This document shows, in pieces, positions 28,047 to 37,299 of a stretch of DNA of 64,000 nucleotides. The DNA is from Deltaproteobacteria bacterium. GTDB taxonomy: Bacteria > Myxococcota > Myxococcia > SLRQ01. The number at the start of each line of letters is the position of its first letter. Position 1 is the first letter of the stretch. Location: positions 261,806-325,805 of the forward strand of contig JARGFU010000001.1 of the NCBI GenBank assembly GCA_029210625.1, written 5' to 3'. The position numbers and the translations under genes are program-made. The notes under the pieces are model-generated. The model saw only the letters and a program-made list of their open reading frames with translations, searched no databases and was not told where the DNA came from.

Positions 28047-30470
28047 CTAGCGCAGCTTCTCCACCAGGCGCGGCGCGATCTTCGAGACCTCGGCCGCGAA
28101 GGTGTCCTGGAGCGTGAAGGGATCGTCACCGGCGCCGTCGACCTTCACGGTCTCCAGGATCTCTCCGGTCTCGACGTGCACGAAGCGGGAGAGCACCCGC
28201 AGCTTGCCGCCGAAGCTCTGGAAGCTGCCGACCACCACCACCTCCGAGGAGAAGAACTTCCCGATGGGCACCCGGTGCTCGGGGTCGTACCAGGAGGTCT
28301 GGTAGTCCTGCAGCACCTCCTTGGGCGCGTCGAGCTGAGGCTTCTCGTAGAGGTGGAGCTCCTCGTGGGCCCCGAAGTCGGTCATCACCTGCTCTGCGAG
28401 CGCGTCGGCGAGGAAGGCGAAGTCTCCCGTCCCCCCGAGATCCTTGAAGGGGACGACGATGACGCTGATCGGGCCGGTGCGGGGGACCTCCGCCTCGGGC
28501 TCCTTCTTCGGCGCCCCTCCGGCGGCGCCTCCTTCGGAGGAAGGGGGCGTGGCCGCGGCGGTGGCGGCGACCCCGGGATCGATGGGCTCCTCCCAGCTGC
28601 GCCAGGCCTGGCGAACCCAGAACTGGAGGGTGGCGACCAGCACCGCGCCGAGGCCCGCCAGGAGCCACTTCTGCCGGTACCAGGGCACCTCGGGGGCGGC
28701 GAAGTCGGGGTGCGCCGCGGGCAGAGAGGTCGAGGTCCCCCCGGCGGTGCGGGTGGCCCCCTCTCCCTTGCGGGCGAGCGCCGGCGGCAGGGCCGAGCGG
28801 GGCTCGCCGTAGAGCTGGTAGCGGGCGAAGGAGAGGCTCTTCGGATCGGCCTCGACCAGGCGCAGCTTCGCCAGGCGCACCGCCTCGCCGTAGCGCTCGC
28901 CGGCGAGCATGGCCTCCCAGAAGCGCAGGGCGAAGCGCAGCGCGTCGGCGTCGCGCACCGGCCCGGTCGGGCCGAGGTAGTGGCGCACCCCCGAGAGGAG
29001 GAGCGCCGAGGCCAGGCCCCGCTCGCGCTCCACCCCGCCCCGCCACTCGCCCTGGCCGCCGCTGTGGCAGCTGTTGGCGAAGACCAGGCTCGGGGGGCGC
29101 TCGCCGCAGGCCTCGACGATCTCCCGGGCGCCGACCACTCCGTCGGCCATGGCGAGGCCCCGGGCGCCCTCCTGCCAGCGCACGTGGCCGGCGAAGTGCA
29201 TCACCCGCACCCCGGAGAGCGCGCCGAGGAGATCGGCGCGGGTGACGGGCCCCGTGAGGTGGACCACCTCTCCGCCGAAGCCCTCGTGGAGCAGCCCGGC
29301 GACGGCGCCTCCCTCCTCCCGGGCGGAGGGGAGATCGCCGCAGGGATCGGCGACGATCAGGGCGGCGCCCTCCGCCTCGGCCGCGGTCCCCGGGCCGGCG
29401 CTGCCGGTCGCCGAGGTGGCGATCACCCGGCCGACGGCGAAGCGCAGCCCGAGGAAGGTGCGGCCGTCGTGGAGGAGCTCCCAGGGGACGTCGGCGAAGG
29501 CCTCGTCCACCTGCAGGCGCAGGAAGCCGCGCTCGGTGGTCTCCAGCCGCGCCCGCACGCTCGCCGGCAGGGCCCCGTTCCAGAGCAGCTCCCCCAGGGT
29601 GCGGACCTTGGAGGCGTAGCTCGAGGCGTTGCCGCCGAGGAAGGCGTCGAAGCGGCGCAGGATCTTGTCGGCGTCGGCCCGGCCCCAGCTGCCCTCGGCG
29701 AAGGTGCGCACCGGCCCCTTGTCCTGCTCCCCGTCCATCACCGCGGCCTTCAGGCCCCTGCCCCCCTCCATCAGGTCGAGGACGAGCAGGGGCGGCAGCG
29801 CCTGGGTGCTCCCGGTGATCTCGGGGGTGGCGGGGGCGGCCTCGCGAGGCCCGGGGTCGAGGCGCCGGGCCGCCGGCGTGCCCTCCCCCCAGTGCAGGGC
29901 CATCACCGGCACCAGCTCGGCCTTGCCCTTGAGGGGGACCCCCCCGCAGGGCTCGGCCTGCACGCTGCCCGCCGGGAGCGCCTCGAAGAGCTTCGCCGAG
30001 ATCAGCACCTCGTCCGCCTGCCCCTTGGCCTCGATCCGCGCGGCGGTGTTCACCGCGTCCCCGAAGACGTCTCCGTCGGCGAGCATCACCGCCCCCAGGT
30101 GAACGCCGATGCGGATGTGGATCGCGTCGGCCTCGGGGTGAGCCGCGCGATCCTCGCGCAGGACCTGCTGCATGCGGGCCGCGCAGGCCACGCCCATCGC
30201 GGGCGCCTCGAAGACCGCCATGATGGCGTCGCCGATCGTCTTCACGATCCGGCCCTGGTGCTCCTCGACCAGGGGGAAGAGCAGGTCGTTGTGGCGCTGC
30301 ACGAAGGCCAGGCCCTCGATGTCCCCCTTGCGCTCGAAGAGCTCGGTGGAGCCGACGATGTCGGTGAAGAGGATGACCCGCTCCCCCCGGTGCCGCGCCT
30401 CGAGGGCGCGATCGATGCGTTGCCGCTCCTCGAGCAGCGCCTGCAGGTCGTCGTCCTTCTTCCCCGTCAT
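28047..30470 (-). CDS. one-component transmembrane signalling protein: class III adenylate/guanylate cyclase, CHAT (caspase-like) protease domain, TM helix, periplasmic CsgG/TolB_N-like domain
   Basis: Cyclase motifs ILFTDIVGSTELF, KTIGDAIMAVF, GVHLGAVM and NTAARIE. CHAT domain with the His/Cys dyad (VMHFAGHV...VFANSCHSG). TM helix WLLAGLGAVLVATLQFWV. C-terminal VIVVPFKDLGG...VVVGSFQSFGGKLRVLSRFVHVETG. Start placed at MTGKKDDD (30470); the upstream part of the long ORF is overlapped by glgP. Confidence 0.8.
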   Translation of the reverse strand: MTGKKDDDLQALLEERQRIDRALEARHRGERVILFTDIVGSTELFERKGDIEGLAFVQRHNDLLFPLVEEHQGRIVKTIGDAIMAVFEAPAMGVACAARMQQVLREDRAAHPEADAIHIRIGVHLGAVMLADGDVFGDAVNTAARIEAKGQADEVLISAKLFEALPAGSVQAEPCGGVPLKGKAELVPVMALHWGEGTPAARRLDPGPREAAPATPEITGSTQALPPLLVLDLMEGGRGLKAAVMDGEQDKGPVRTFAEGSWGRADADKILRRFDAFLGGNASSYASKVRTLGELLWNGALPASVRARLETTERGFLRLQVDEAFADVPWELLHDGRTFLGLRFAVGRVIATSATGSAGPGTAAEAEGAALIVADPCGDLPSAREEGGAVAGLLHEGFGGEVVHLTGPVTRADLLGALSGVRVMHFAGHVRWQEGARGLAMADGVVGAREIVEACGERPPSLVFANSCHSGGQGEWRGGVERERGLASALLLSGVRHYLGPTGPVRDADALRFALRFWEAMLAGERYGEAVRLAKLRLVEADPKSLSFARYQLYGEPRSALPPALARKGEGATRTAGGTSTSLPAAHPDFAAPEVPWYRQKWLLAGLGAVLVATLQFWVRQAWRSWEEPIDPGVAATAAATPPSSEGGAAGGAPKKEPEAEVPRTGPISVIVVPFKDLGGTGDFAFLADALAEQVMTDFGAHEELHLYEKPQLDAPKEVLQDYQTSWYDPEHRVPIGKFFSSEVVVVGSFQSFGGKLRVLSRFVHVETGEILETVKVDGAGDDPFTLQDTFAAEVSKIAPRLVEKLR

Positions 30471-30593
30471 GTCAGCTCTCGCAGCATAGCGCAGTGCGCC
30501 ACGGCAGGGCCCCTTTCGTTCCCGTCCGAGTGGGTGTACTTCCCGGCCCTCGAAGTCGCCGAACGACCCCTCCTCTTCCAAGGGAGCCTCGCC

Positions 30594-32684
30594 ATGACCG
30601 GCAGCACGACCGAGATCGTCCAGCGGATGCACGAGCTGGCCCGCAACTTCTGGTGGGCCTGGGAGCCGGAGATCTCCGATCTCTTCCGGGACCTCGACCC
30701 CGAGCTCTGGTCGGAGGTGAACCACAACCCGATCCTGCTGCTCAAGCGCCTCGCCCCCGAGGTCATCGCCGACCGGGCCCAGCGGCGCACCATCGAGAGC
30801 CGCGTGGTCTACGCCCTGCGGCGCCTCGAGGAGTACCTCTCCGGTGAGGGCTCCTACGGGCACGAGCACGCCGCCTCCATCCTCGGCCGCCCGGTGGCCT
30901 ACTTCTCGGCCGAGTTCGGCATCCACGAGTCCCTGCCGGTCTACGCCGGCGGCCTCGGCGTGCTGGCGGGCGACCACCTCAAGGCCTCCTCCGACCTGGG
31001 GATCCCCATCGTCGGCGTCGGCCTCTTCTACGCGGAAGGCTACTTCCGTCAGCACCTCGACGAGACCGGCTACCAGCAGGAGGCCTACGGCGAGATCGAC
31101 GTGGAGAGCCTGCCGATCCACCGGGCCCAGACCCCCGACGGCGAGAACCTGCGGGTGACCGTCGACACCGCCCAGGGGCCACTCCACGCCGAGATCTGGA
31201 AGGCCCCGGTCGGGCGCAACACGCTCCTGCTCCTAGACTCGAACGTCGAGGGCAACACGCCCGAGAACCGCTCGCTGACCGCCCGCCTCTACTCGGGCGA
31301 TCAGTCCCTGCGCCTGCGCCAGGAGATCCTCCTGGGCATCGGGGGGCACCGCGCCCTGGTGGCCCTGGGCATCCACCCCAGCGTCATCCACATGAACGAG
31401 GGCCACAGCGCCCTGGCGACCCTCGAGGCCATGCGGGTGCGGGTGAAGGAGGACGGCTGCTCCTTCGCCGAGGCCCTGCGCGAGGTCTCGCAGATGTCGG
31501 TCTTCACCACCCACACCCCGGTGCCCGCCGGCCACGATCGCTTCAGCCCCGAGCTGGTCGAGCAGCACCTGGGCAAGTTCCGGGAGGGGTGCGGCTGCAG
31601 CCTGCAGGACTTCCTCGCCCTCGGCCGGGTGAACCCCGCCGACCCCAGCGAGTCCTTCTGCATGACCGTGGTGGGCCTGAAGACCACCCGGCAGGCCAAC
31701 GGCGTCTCGTCGCTCCACGGCCACGTCTCCCGCCAGATGTGGCAGGAGCTCTGGCCCGACCGCCCGGAGCAGGAGATCCCCATCGGCCACGTCACCAACG
31801 GCGTGCACGTCTCGACCTGGATCGCCCCTCAGCTCCTGCGGATCTACCAGCGCCACCTGCCCCAGGACTTCGAGCATCGCCTCTGGCAGCGCGAGGCCTG
31901 GGCCCCGGTCGCGCAGATCGACGACGGGGAGCTCTGGGAAGGCCACCAGATCATGCGCAACCGGCTGGTCGACTTCGCCCGCAACCGGACCGGCCGGCCG
32001 GGCATCCTCGACCCCTCCGCCCTGACCCTCGGCTTCGCCCGGCGCTTCGCCACCTACAAGCGCGCGGTGCTCATGCTCTCGGACATCGAGCGCCTCGAGC
32101 GCCTGCTCTGCGACCCCGAGCGCCCGGTGCAGATCGTCTTCGCCGGCAAGGCCCACCCCCACGACGAGCCGGGCAAGGCCTTCATCCGCCGCATCCACGA
32201 GCTCTCCCACGACCCCCGCTTCGACGGGAAGATCGTCTTCCTCGAGAACTACGATCTGCGGGTCGGCCGCGCGCTGGTGCGGGGCGTCGACGCCTGGGTG
32301 AACAACCCCCGCCGCCCCCTGGAGGCCTGCGGCACCAGCGGCCAGAAGGTGGTCCTCAACGGCGGCCTCAACATCTCGGTGCTCGACGGCTGGTGGGCCG
32401 AGGCCTACGACGGCACCAACGGCTTCGCCATCGGCGGGACGCGGGTGCACCGCGACGTCGACGTCCAGGACGAGCGGGACGCCGAGAGCCTCTACCGGGT
32501 CCTCGAGGAGGAGGTCGTCCCCCTCTTCTACGATCGCGGCTCCGACGGCGTGCCCCACGCCTGGGTCTCCCGGATGAAGCGCGGCCTGACCACCTGCGCC
32601 TGGCGCTTCTCCGCCAGCCGGATGGTCCGGGACTACCTGCACCAGGCCTACCTCCCGGCGGCCGGCGCGGACTGGGTCGGCTAG
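30594..32684 (+). CDS. glgP: alpha-glucan (glycogen/maltodextrin) phosphorylase, GT35
   Basis: The N-terminus ELARNFWWAWEPE is typical of the bacterial GlgP type. It carries GLGVLAGDHLKASSDLGIP, the PLP-site region and EACGTSGQKVVLNGGLNISVLDGWW. Confidence 0.9.
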   Translation: MTGSTTEIVQRMHELARNFWWAWEPEISDLFRDLDPELWSEVNHNPILLLKRLAPEVIADRAQRRTIESRVVYALRRLEEYLSGEGSYGHEHAASILGRPVAYFSAEFGIHESLPVYAGGLGVLAGDHLKASSDLGIPIVGVGLFYAEGYFRQHLDETGYQQEAYGEIDVESLPIHRAQTPDGENLRVTVDTAQGPLHAEIWKAPVGRNTLLLLDSNVEGNTPENRSLTARLYSGDQSLRLRQEILLGIGGHRALVALGIHPSVIHMNEGHSALATLEAMRVRVKEDGCSFAEALREVSQMSVFTTHTPVPAGHDRFSPELVEQHLGKFREGCGCSLQDFLALGRVNPADPSESFCMTVVGLKTTRQANGVSSLHGHVSRQMWQELWPDRPEQEIPIGHVTNGVHVSTWIAPQLLRIYQRHLPQDFEHRLWQREAWAPVAQIDDGELWEGHQIMRNRLVDFARNRTGRPGILDPSALTLGFARRFATYKRAVLMLSDIERLERLLCDPERPVQIVFAGKAHPHDEPGKAFIRRIHELSHDPRFDGKIVFLENYDLRVGRALVRGVDAWVNNPRRPLEACGTSGQKVVLNGGLNISVLDGWWAEAYDGTNGFAIGGTRVHRDVDVQDERDAESLYRVLEEEVVPLFYDRGSDGVPHAWVSRMKRGLTTCAWRFSASRMVRDYLHQAYLPAAGADWVG

Positions 32685-34117
32685 TCGGCCGTCCCCTCGA
32701 GGGTCTCGAGGACGGTGGCCCGGAGGTTGTCCAGCAGCCCCCGGGCGTTCATCACCCGCATCCGATCGCCCCGCCGCCCGTAGATCCAGACGGTCGGCAG
32801 GCCCTCGGCGTCGGCGAGGTGCTCGAGGGCCACCGGCGCGTCGAAGTCGGGGACCTCGACCCGCAGGACGACCAGCTCCTCGGGGTGCGCCGCGGCCAGC
32901 TCCCGCAGGATCCCGTCGACCTTCTTGCAGGGGGCGCACCACTCGGCCCAGAAGTCGACCACCACGATCTTGCCGGGCACCCCGACGGCGCGGGCGTCGA
33001 AGCTCTCGCCGCCGGTGGCGAGATCGCGGACGTTGCCCGCGGCCGGCGCGGCGGCGGCCGGCGCCGGGGCCAGCTCGACGGCCGGCGCGGGCGCCTCCGC
33101 CGGGGGCTCCCGCTTCGCCGCCGGCGCCTCGTGCGCCTCGTGCTCCTCGTGCTCGCCGTGGTCGTGACCCTCGTGATCGTCCTCGTCTCCGCCGAAGCGC
33201 ACCGAGACGAGGCTCATCACGCTGAAGGACTCGGTGAGCTGGCGGCCGTTCACCTTCGTGTAGATCGGCACCCGGGCCCCGACCCCGAGCGTGACCCGAT
33301 CGCTGATCGAGCGGCCGAGGAAGAGCTCTCCGGCCAGCCAGAAGCCGCCGGAGTTGCCGATCTCCTCGCCGTGGCCGTCGTCGGAGCCCGGCATGGGCAT
33401 CTCATCGTGCCCGGCGACCGAGGGCAGCTCGTGGGAGGGAGCCCGCCCCAACGCATCGAGGTTGCCGATCACCACCCACCCCGCGGCGGGGACCACCGCC
33501 ACGCCGAGGCTGCCGCCGCCGACGGGGCCGAAGCGCACGCCGCCCTCGGTGGCGTCGAGGGGCTGGCGGTAGACCGCCGTGGCGCGCAGCGCCACCCGCC
33601 GGTGGAGGTACTGCGAGAGCTCGAGGCGGGTGTTCAGGGTGTAGGAGGCCATGCCCAGGGAGAGGAGGTTCGGGGGGAAGGCCGTGCCCTCCTCGCCGAA
33701 GCCCGCCTGCTCGCCGGTGGGGAGGGAGAGGCCCGCGCTCAGGGTCACGGAGGGCCGGTAGCCCCCGGCGCTCCAGAGCCGGCCCAGATCGTAGCGCAGG
33801 CCCAGCCCCAGATCGCCGGCGCCGGAGAGCCGCTGGGTGGGCCGCTCGACGCCGTCGACGTAGTGGATGGTGCCCACCGGCAGCTCCAGCTCGGCGCCCA
33901 GGCCCTCGCCGAAGAAGTGGCGCAGGGCCAGCACCGAGAGGACGGAGGAGAGCGAGCGCCCGGTGAGCTCGCCCACGGGGGTCGAGCCCTCCAGCTCCCG
34001 GTCGTAGCGCCCCAGCCGCAGGCTGAAGCCGAAGAGGGTGAGGTTCTCGGGCGCCGCGCTCTGCAGACCCGACTCGAGTTCGAAGGCTGACCCCCCGACC
34101 GGGAGGTTGGGATTCAC
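32681..34117 (-). CDS. fusion of an outer-membrane beta-barrel-like domain, a His-rich linker and a C-terminal thioredoxin domain. As annotated it starts at GTG directly after in-frame stops that cut off a signal-peptide ORFlet (possible pseudogene).
   Basis: The N-terminal ~330 aa are beta-strand rich, resembling MetA-pathway/OMP-like proteins. A HEGHDHGEHEEHEAHE linker follows. The Trx domain reads VVVDFWAEWCAPCKK...LPTVWIYGRRG. Upstream in the same frame lies MKLISRPLARWLAALVAAAWMAPAPAT-TGA-CCCGGC-TGA-GTG. Confidence 0.55.
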   Translation of the reverse strand: MNPNLPVGGSAFELESGLQSAAPENLTLFGFSLRLGRYDRELEGSTPVGELTGRSLSSVLSVLALRHFFGEGLGAELELPVGTIHYVDGVERPTQRLSGAGDLGLGLRYDLGRLWSAGGYRPSVTLSAGLSLPTGEQAGFGEEGTAFPPNLLSLGMASYTLNTRLELSQYLHRRVALRATAVYRQPLDATEGGVRFGPVGGGSLGVAVVPAAGWVVIGNLDALGRAPSHELPSVAGHDEMPMPGSDDGHGEEIGNSGGFWLAGELFLGRSISDRVTLGVGARVPIYTKVNGRQLTESFSVMSLVSVRFGGDEDDHEGHDHGEHEEHEAHEAPAAKREPPAEAPAPAVELAPAPAAAAPAAGNVRDLATGGESFDARAVGVPGKIVVVDFWAEWCAPCKKVDGILRELAAAHPEELVVLRVEVPDFDAPVALEHLADAEGLPTVWIYGRRGDRMRVMNARGLLDNLRATVLETLEGTAD

Positions 34118-34254
34118 TCAGCCGGGTCAGGTCGCCGGGGCGGGGGCCATCCAGGCGGCCGCCACCAGGGCGGCGAGCCAGCGGGCGAGGGGACGCGAAA
34201 TGAGCTTCATTCGTTCTTCTTTCACCCGGGTGCCCGCCTCGAGGCAAGCCTCCA

Positions 34255-34737
34255 TCAGAGCTCGTTGGCCGCCCGGCGGCGGCGAAGGCGCAAGGCCAGG
34301 GCCTCCTGGAGCATCTCGGCGTGCCTCGCGTCCTCGCGCTCCAGCGCCCCGAGGGTGCGGGCCAGCTCGGGGACGGCCTCGGCCAGCAGCGCGCGGCCGA
34401 GCTGCTCCCCCGATCTCGACTCGAGATCCAGGGTGAAGCCGAGCGCCTCGATGGAGCCCGGCGGCTCGGGCCTCGCCATGAAGCCGTCCATCGCCTTCAC
34501 GCTGATCTCCACGGCCTGGGAGACGTCCGGGTGCACCTCGAGCTCCCGCTCGTCCTCCACCAGAATCCGCTCCTCCATCCGGAGCCGCTCGGCGTGACCT
34601 TGCTCCTGCGCCGCGAGGGTGATGAAGAGCTGGGCGGCCTCCGAGTCCTCGATGAGCTCCGCCGAGAGCCAGACGTAGAACGAGGAGACCCGCTCCTCGA
34701 AGCGAATCAGGGCCTCCAGCGCCTCATGCAAGCTCAA
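34255..34737 (-). CDS. ferritin-like/rubrerythrin-like protein, hypothetical; start uncertain (TTG)
   Basis: Helical ferritin-like pattern LHEALEALIRFEERVSSFYVWLSAEL...AQLFITLAAQEQGHAERL with EExxH-like pairs. No ATG is present; a TTG near 34737 was chosen. Confidence 0.4.
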   Translation of the reverse strand: MSLHEALEALIRFEERVSSFYVWLSAELIEDSEAAQLFITLAAQEQGHAERLRMEERILVEDERELEVHPDVSQAVEISVKAMDGFMARPEPPGSIEALGFTLDLESRSGEQLGRALLAEAVPELARTLGALEREDARHAEMLQEALALRLRRRRAANEL

Positions 34738-34932
34738 GCTGCTCAATCCGGGGTCTCTCGATGGGGGTCGAGAGGAGAGTATGGATCTCCCGGTGAGGCT
34801 CGCCACCTCGCGGCCATCGGCTATGCTGCCGCGACGCCCCGCGAGAGGACCCCCGATGCCCATCCTGAAGCTCGAGATCGTCGGTGCGCTGCCCCCCGGG
34901 CGGCGCCAGGGCCTGGCCCGGGAGGTGGTCGC

Positions 34933-36180
34933 GTGAGCGGCGCGAGGCTCGGCGACGCCCTCACCCTGCCCTGCGGGCAGGAGGTGAAGAACCGCCTGCT
35001 GAAGTCCGCCATGAGCGAGGGCCTCGGCGCCCGCGGGCACCTCCCCGACGGGCGGCTCGGCCGCCTCTACCGCCGATGGGCCGAGGGCGGCACCGGGGTG
35101 CTGGTCACCGGCAACGTGATGATCGATCCGCGGGCGCTGGGTGAGCCGGGCAACGTGGTGCTGGAGGCGGGCGCGCCGCTGGAGGCCTTCGCGGCCTGGG
35201 CCGAGGCGGCGAGCGCGGATGAGACGAAGGTCTGGATGCAGCTCAACCATCCGGGCAAGCAGGCCTTCCCCCTGCGCAACCCCGATCCGGTCGCGCCCTC
35301 GGCCATCGGCTTCGAGGGGCCGCTGAAGAAGGCCTTCCCGGTGCCCCGGGCGCTCGAGGCCTCGGAGATCCGCGAGCAGATCGAGCGCTTCGCCACCGCC
35401 GCGGCGCTGGCCGAGGAGGCAGGCTTCCACGGCGCGCAGATCCACGGCGCCCACGGCTACCTCGTCAGTCAGTTCCTCTCGCCCCGCCACAACCGGCGGG
35501 AGGACGAGTGGGGCGGCTCGCTCGAGAACCGGATGCGCTTCGCGCTGGAGATCTTCCGCGCGATCCGCGCGCGGGTGCGGCGCGGCTTCGCCGTGACCAT
35601 CAAGCTGAACTCGGCCGACTTCCAGCGCGGCGGCTTCAGCGAGGAAGAGGCCCTGGAGGTCGTCGCCCGCCTGGGCGAGGAGGGCATCGATCTCATCGAG
35701 ATCTCCGGCGGCACCTACGAGGCGCCGGCGATGACCGGCTCCCGCCGCAAGGAGCCGATCGCCGAGAGCACGCGGGCCCGGGAGGCCTACTTCCTCGACT
35801 TCGCCCGGAAGGCCCGCGAGGCCACCGCCGCGCCGCTCGCCCTCACGGGGGGCTTTCGCACCGCGGCGGTGATGGAGGAGGCCCTCGCCTCGGGAGCCAT
35901 CGATCTCGTCGGCCTGGCGCGCCCCCTGGCCATGGATCCCGACGCCTCGAGGAAGCTCCTCGCGGGGGAGGCGACCGTGCCGGTCCCGGCCCGGGTCGGC
36001 ACCGGCCTGCGCGCCCTCGACACCCTCCTGATGTTCTCCGTCACCTACTACGAGGCGCAGCTCTCCCGGATGGCCGCGGGCAAGGAGCCCGACCCCGGGC
36101 TCTCCCCCTGGCGGGTCGCCGCCGGCCTGCTCGGCCACCACGGCCTCCACGCCCTGCGCCCCCGCCGCGCCCGCGGATGA
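34933..36180 (+). CDS. NADH:flavin oxidoreductase / Old Yellow Enzyme family (2,4-dienoyl-CoA reductase-like)
   Basis: OYE N-terminus LTLPCGQEVKNRLLKSAMSEGL, and GTGVLVTGNVMID, WMQLNHPGKQ, HGAHGYLVSQFLSPRHNRREDEWGGSLENRMRF (the active-site His/Tyr region) and LIEISGGTYE. Confidence 0.8.
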   Translation: MSGARLGDALTLPCGQEVKNRLLKSAMSEGLGARGHLPDGRLGRLYRRWAEGGTGVLVTGNVMIDPRALGEPGNVVLEAGAPLEAFAAWAEAASADETKVWMQLNHPGKQAFPLRNPDPVAPSAIGFEGPLKKAFPVPRALEASEIREQIERFATAAALAEEAGFHGAQIHGAHGYLVSQFLSPRHNRREDEWGGSLENRMRFALEIFRAIRARVRRGFAVTIKLNSADFQRGGFSEEEALEVVARLGEEGIDLIEISGGTYEAPAMTGSRRKEPIAESTRAREAYFLDFARKAREATAAPLALTGGFRTAAVMEEALASGAIDLVGLARPLAMDPDASRKLLAGEATVPVPARVGTGLRALDTLLMFSVTYYEAQLSRMAAGKEPDPGLSPWRVAAGLLGHHGLHALRPRRARG

Positions 36181-36193
36181 GAGGAGGGCCGCG

Positions 36194-36715
36194 ATGAGGT
36201 GTGAGACCTGCGGCGAGGAGCACGCCCTGCTGGACCCCGCCTTCCGGCGTCCCGACGCGGTGGTGCTGATGCCCCCCGGCGAGCGCGCCGAGCGGGTGAA
36301 GGAGGACGACGACCTCTGCGCCATCCGGGCCGCCGAGAAGGGGAAGCGGCACTGGTACTACGTGCGCTGCGTCCTGCCGGTGCGGATCCACGACCGGGAC
36401 GAGGTCCTGATGTGGGGGATCTGGGCGGAGGTCTCGGAGGAGGACTTCGAGCGCGTGGTGGATCACTGGGAGGACCCGGCGCAGGAGCGGCTGCCGGCGA
36501 TGGAGGCGAAGCTCGCCAACACCATCCCCGGCTACCCCCCCACGGTGGGGCTGCCGGTGCACCTGCGGCTGACCGGGCCGGCCACCCGGCCCGAGCTCGT
36601 CATCGCCCCGGAGGCCGATCACCCCTTCGCCACCCTCCTGCGGGAGGGGGTCGACGCCCACACCGTCGCCGGCTGGATGGCGACGATGGGCGGCGAGGGG
36701 AGGGGCGGCGGCTGA
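36194..36715 (+). CDS. DUF2199-like hypothetical protein
   Basis: N-terminal CETCGEEH zinc-ribbon-like motif and a conserved WYYVRCVLPVRIHDRDEVLMWGIWAEVSEEDF block. Confidence 0.45.
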   Translation: MRCETCGEEHALLDPAFRRPDAVVLMPPGERAERVKEDDDLCAIRAAEKGKRHWYYVRCVLPVRIHDRDEVLMWGIWAEVSEEDFERVVDHWEDPAQERLPAMEAKLANTIPGYPPTVGLPVHLRLTGPATRPELVIAPEADHPFATLLREGVDAHTVAGWMATMGGEGRGGG

Positions 36716-37299
36716 TGGGCCTCTTCGACTGGTTCAAGAAGAGGAAGGCGCCCCCCGCGGCGGCGCCGGCCCCCTGGCCCGGCCCCGACCCGCGGCCCAC
36801 CGGCGCCCTGCCGGCGCAGGAGCAGCTGGCCTTCGGCCACGAGGTGGAGGGTGAGCGGCGCGTCCACTGGGTCTCGATCGAACACGAGCTGACCCGGGAC
36901 GCGCTCGAGGCCCGGCTCGCCGAGGTCCCGGGGCTGACCCTGCCCCCCGAGGAGGAGCCCCCCTCCTTCGACCTGAGCCCCGGCGCCGGGCCGGACGCCC
37001 TGCGCCTCTTCACCGAGCACCACGCTGCCCTCATGCGGGCCATCGAGGCCCACGACCGGGAGCGGGGCGAGCCCGGGGACGATCTGCTCGCGCCGCCCCC
37101 CGGCGGGCCGCGCCGGATGTGGCTGGTGAACGGCGAGGGGCGCGAGCTGGAGGTGGTCTACCGGAGTGAGGGGGCCACCCTCACCGTGATCTTCACCCTC
37201 GGCGAACCCGGCTACCGCTTCGAGTGGGAGGACGGCTTCTGCTTCGAGCTGCCCGGCGATCCTCCCCGCGTGCACCGCTGGTCGCTACGCGAGGGCTGA
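36716..37299 (+). CDS. hypothetical protein
   Basis: ATG overlaps the upstream stop (TGATG). No recognisable family. The C-terminal beta-rich part (RMWLVNGEGRELEVVYRSEGATLTVIFTLGEPGYRFEWEDGFCFELPG) looks globular. Confidence 0.4.

Noticed and set aside
27996-32684. 1,562-aa plus-strand ORF
   Set aside because: Only 30594..32684 (glgP, starting MTGSTTEIVQRMHELARNFWWAW) is real. Upstream it is antisense to dapD and the cyclase-CHAT gene and reads as low complexity.
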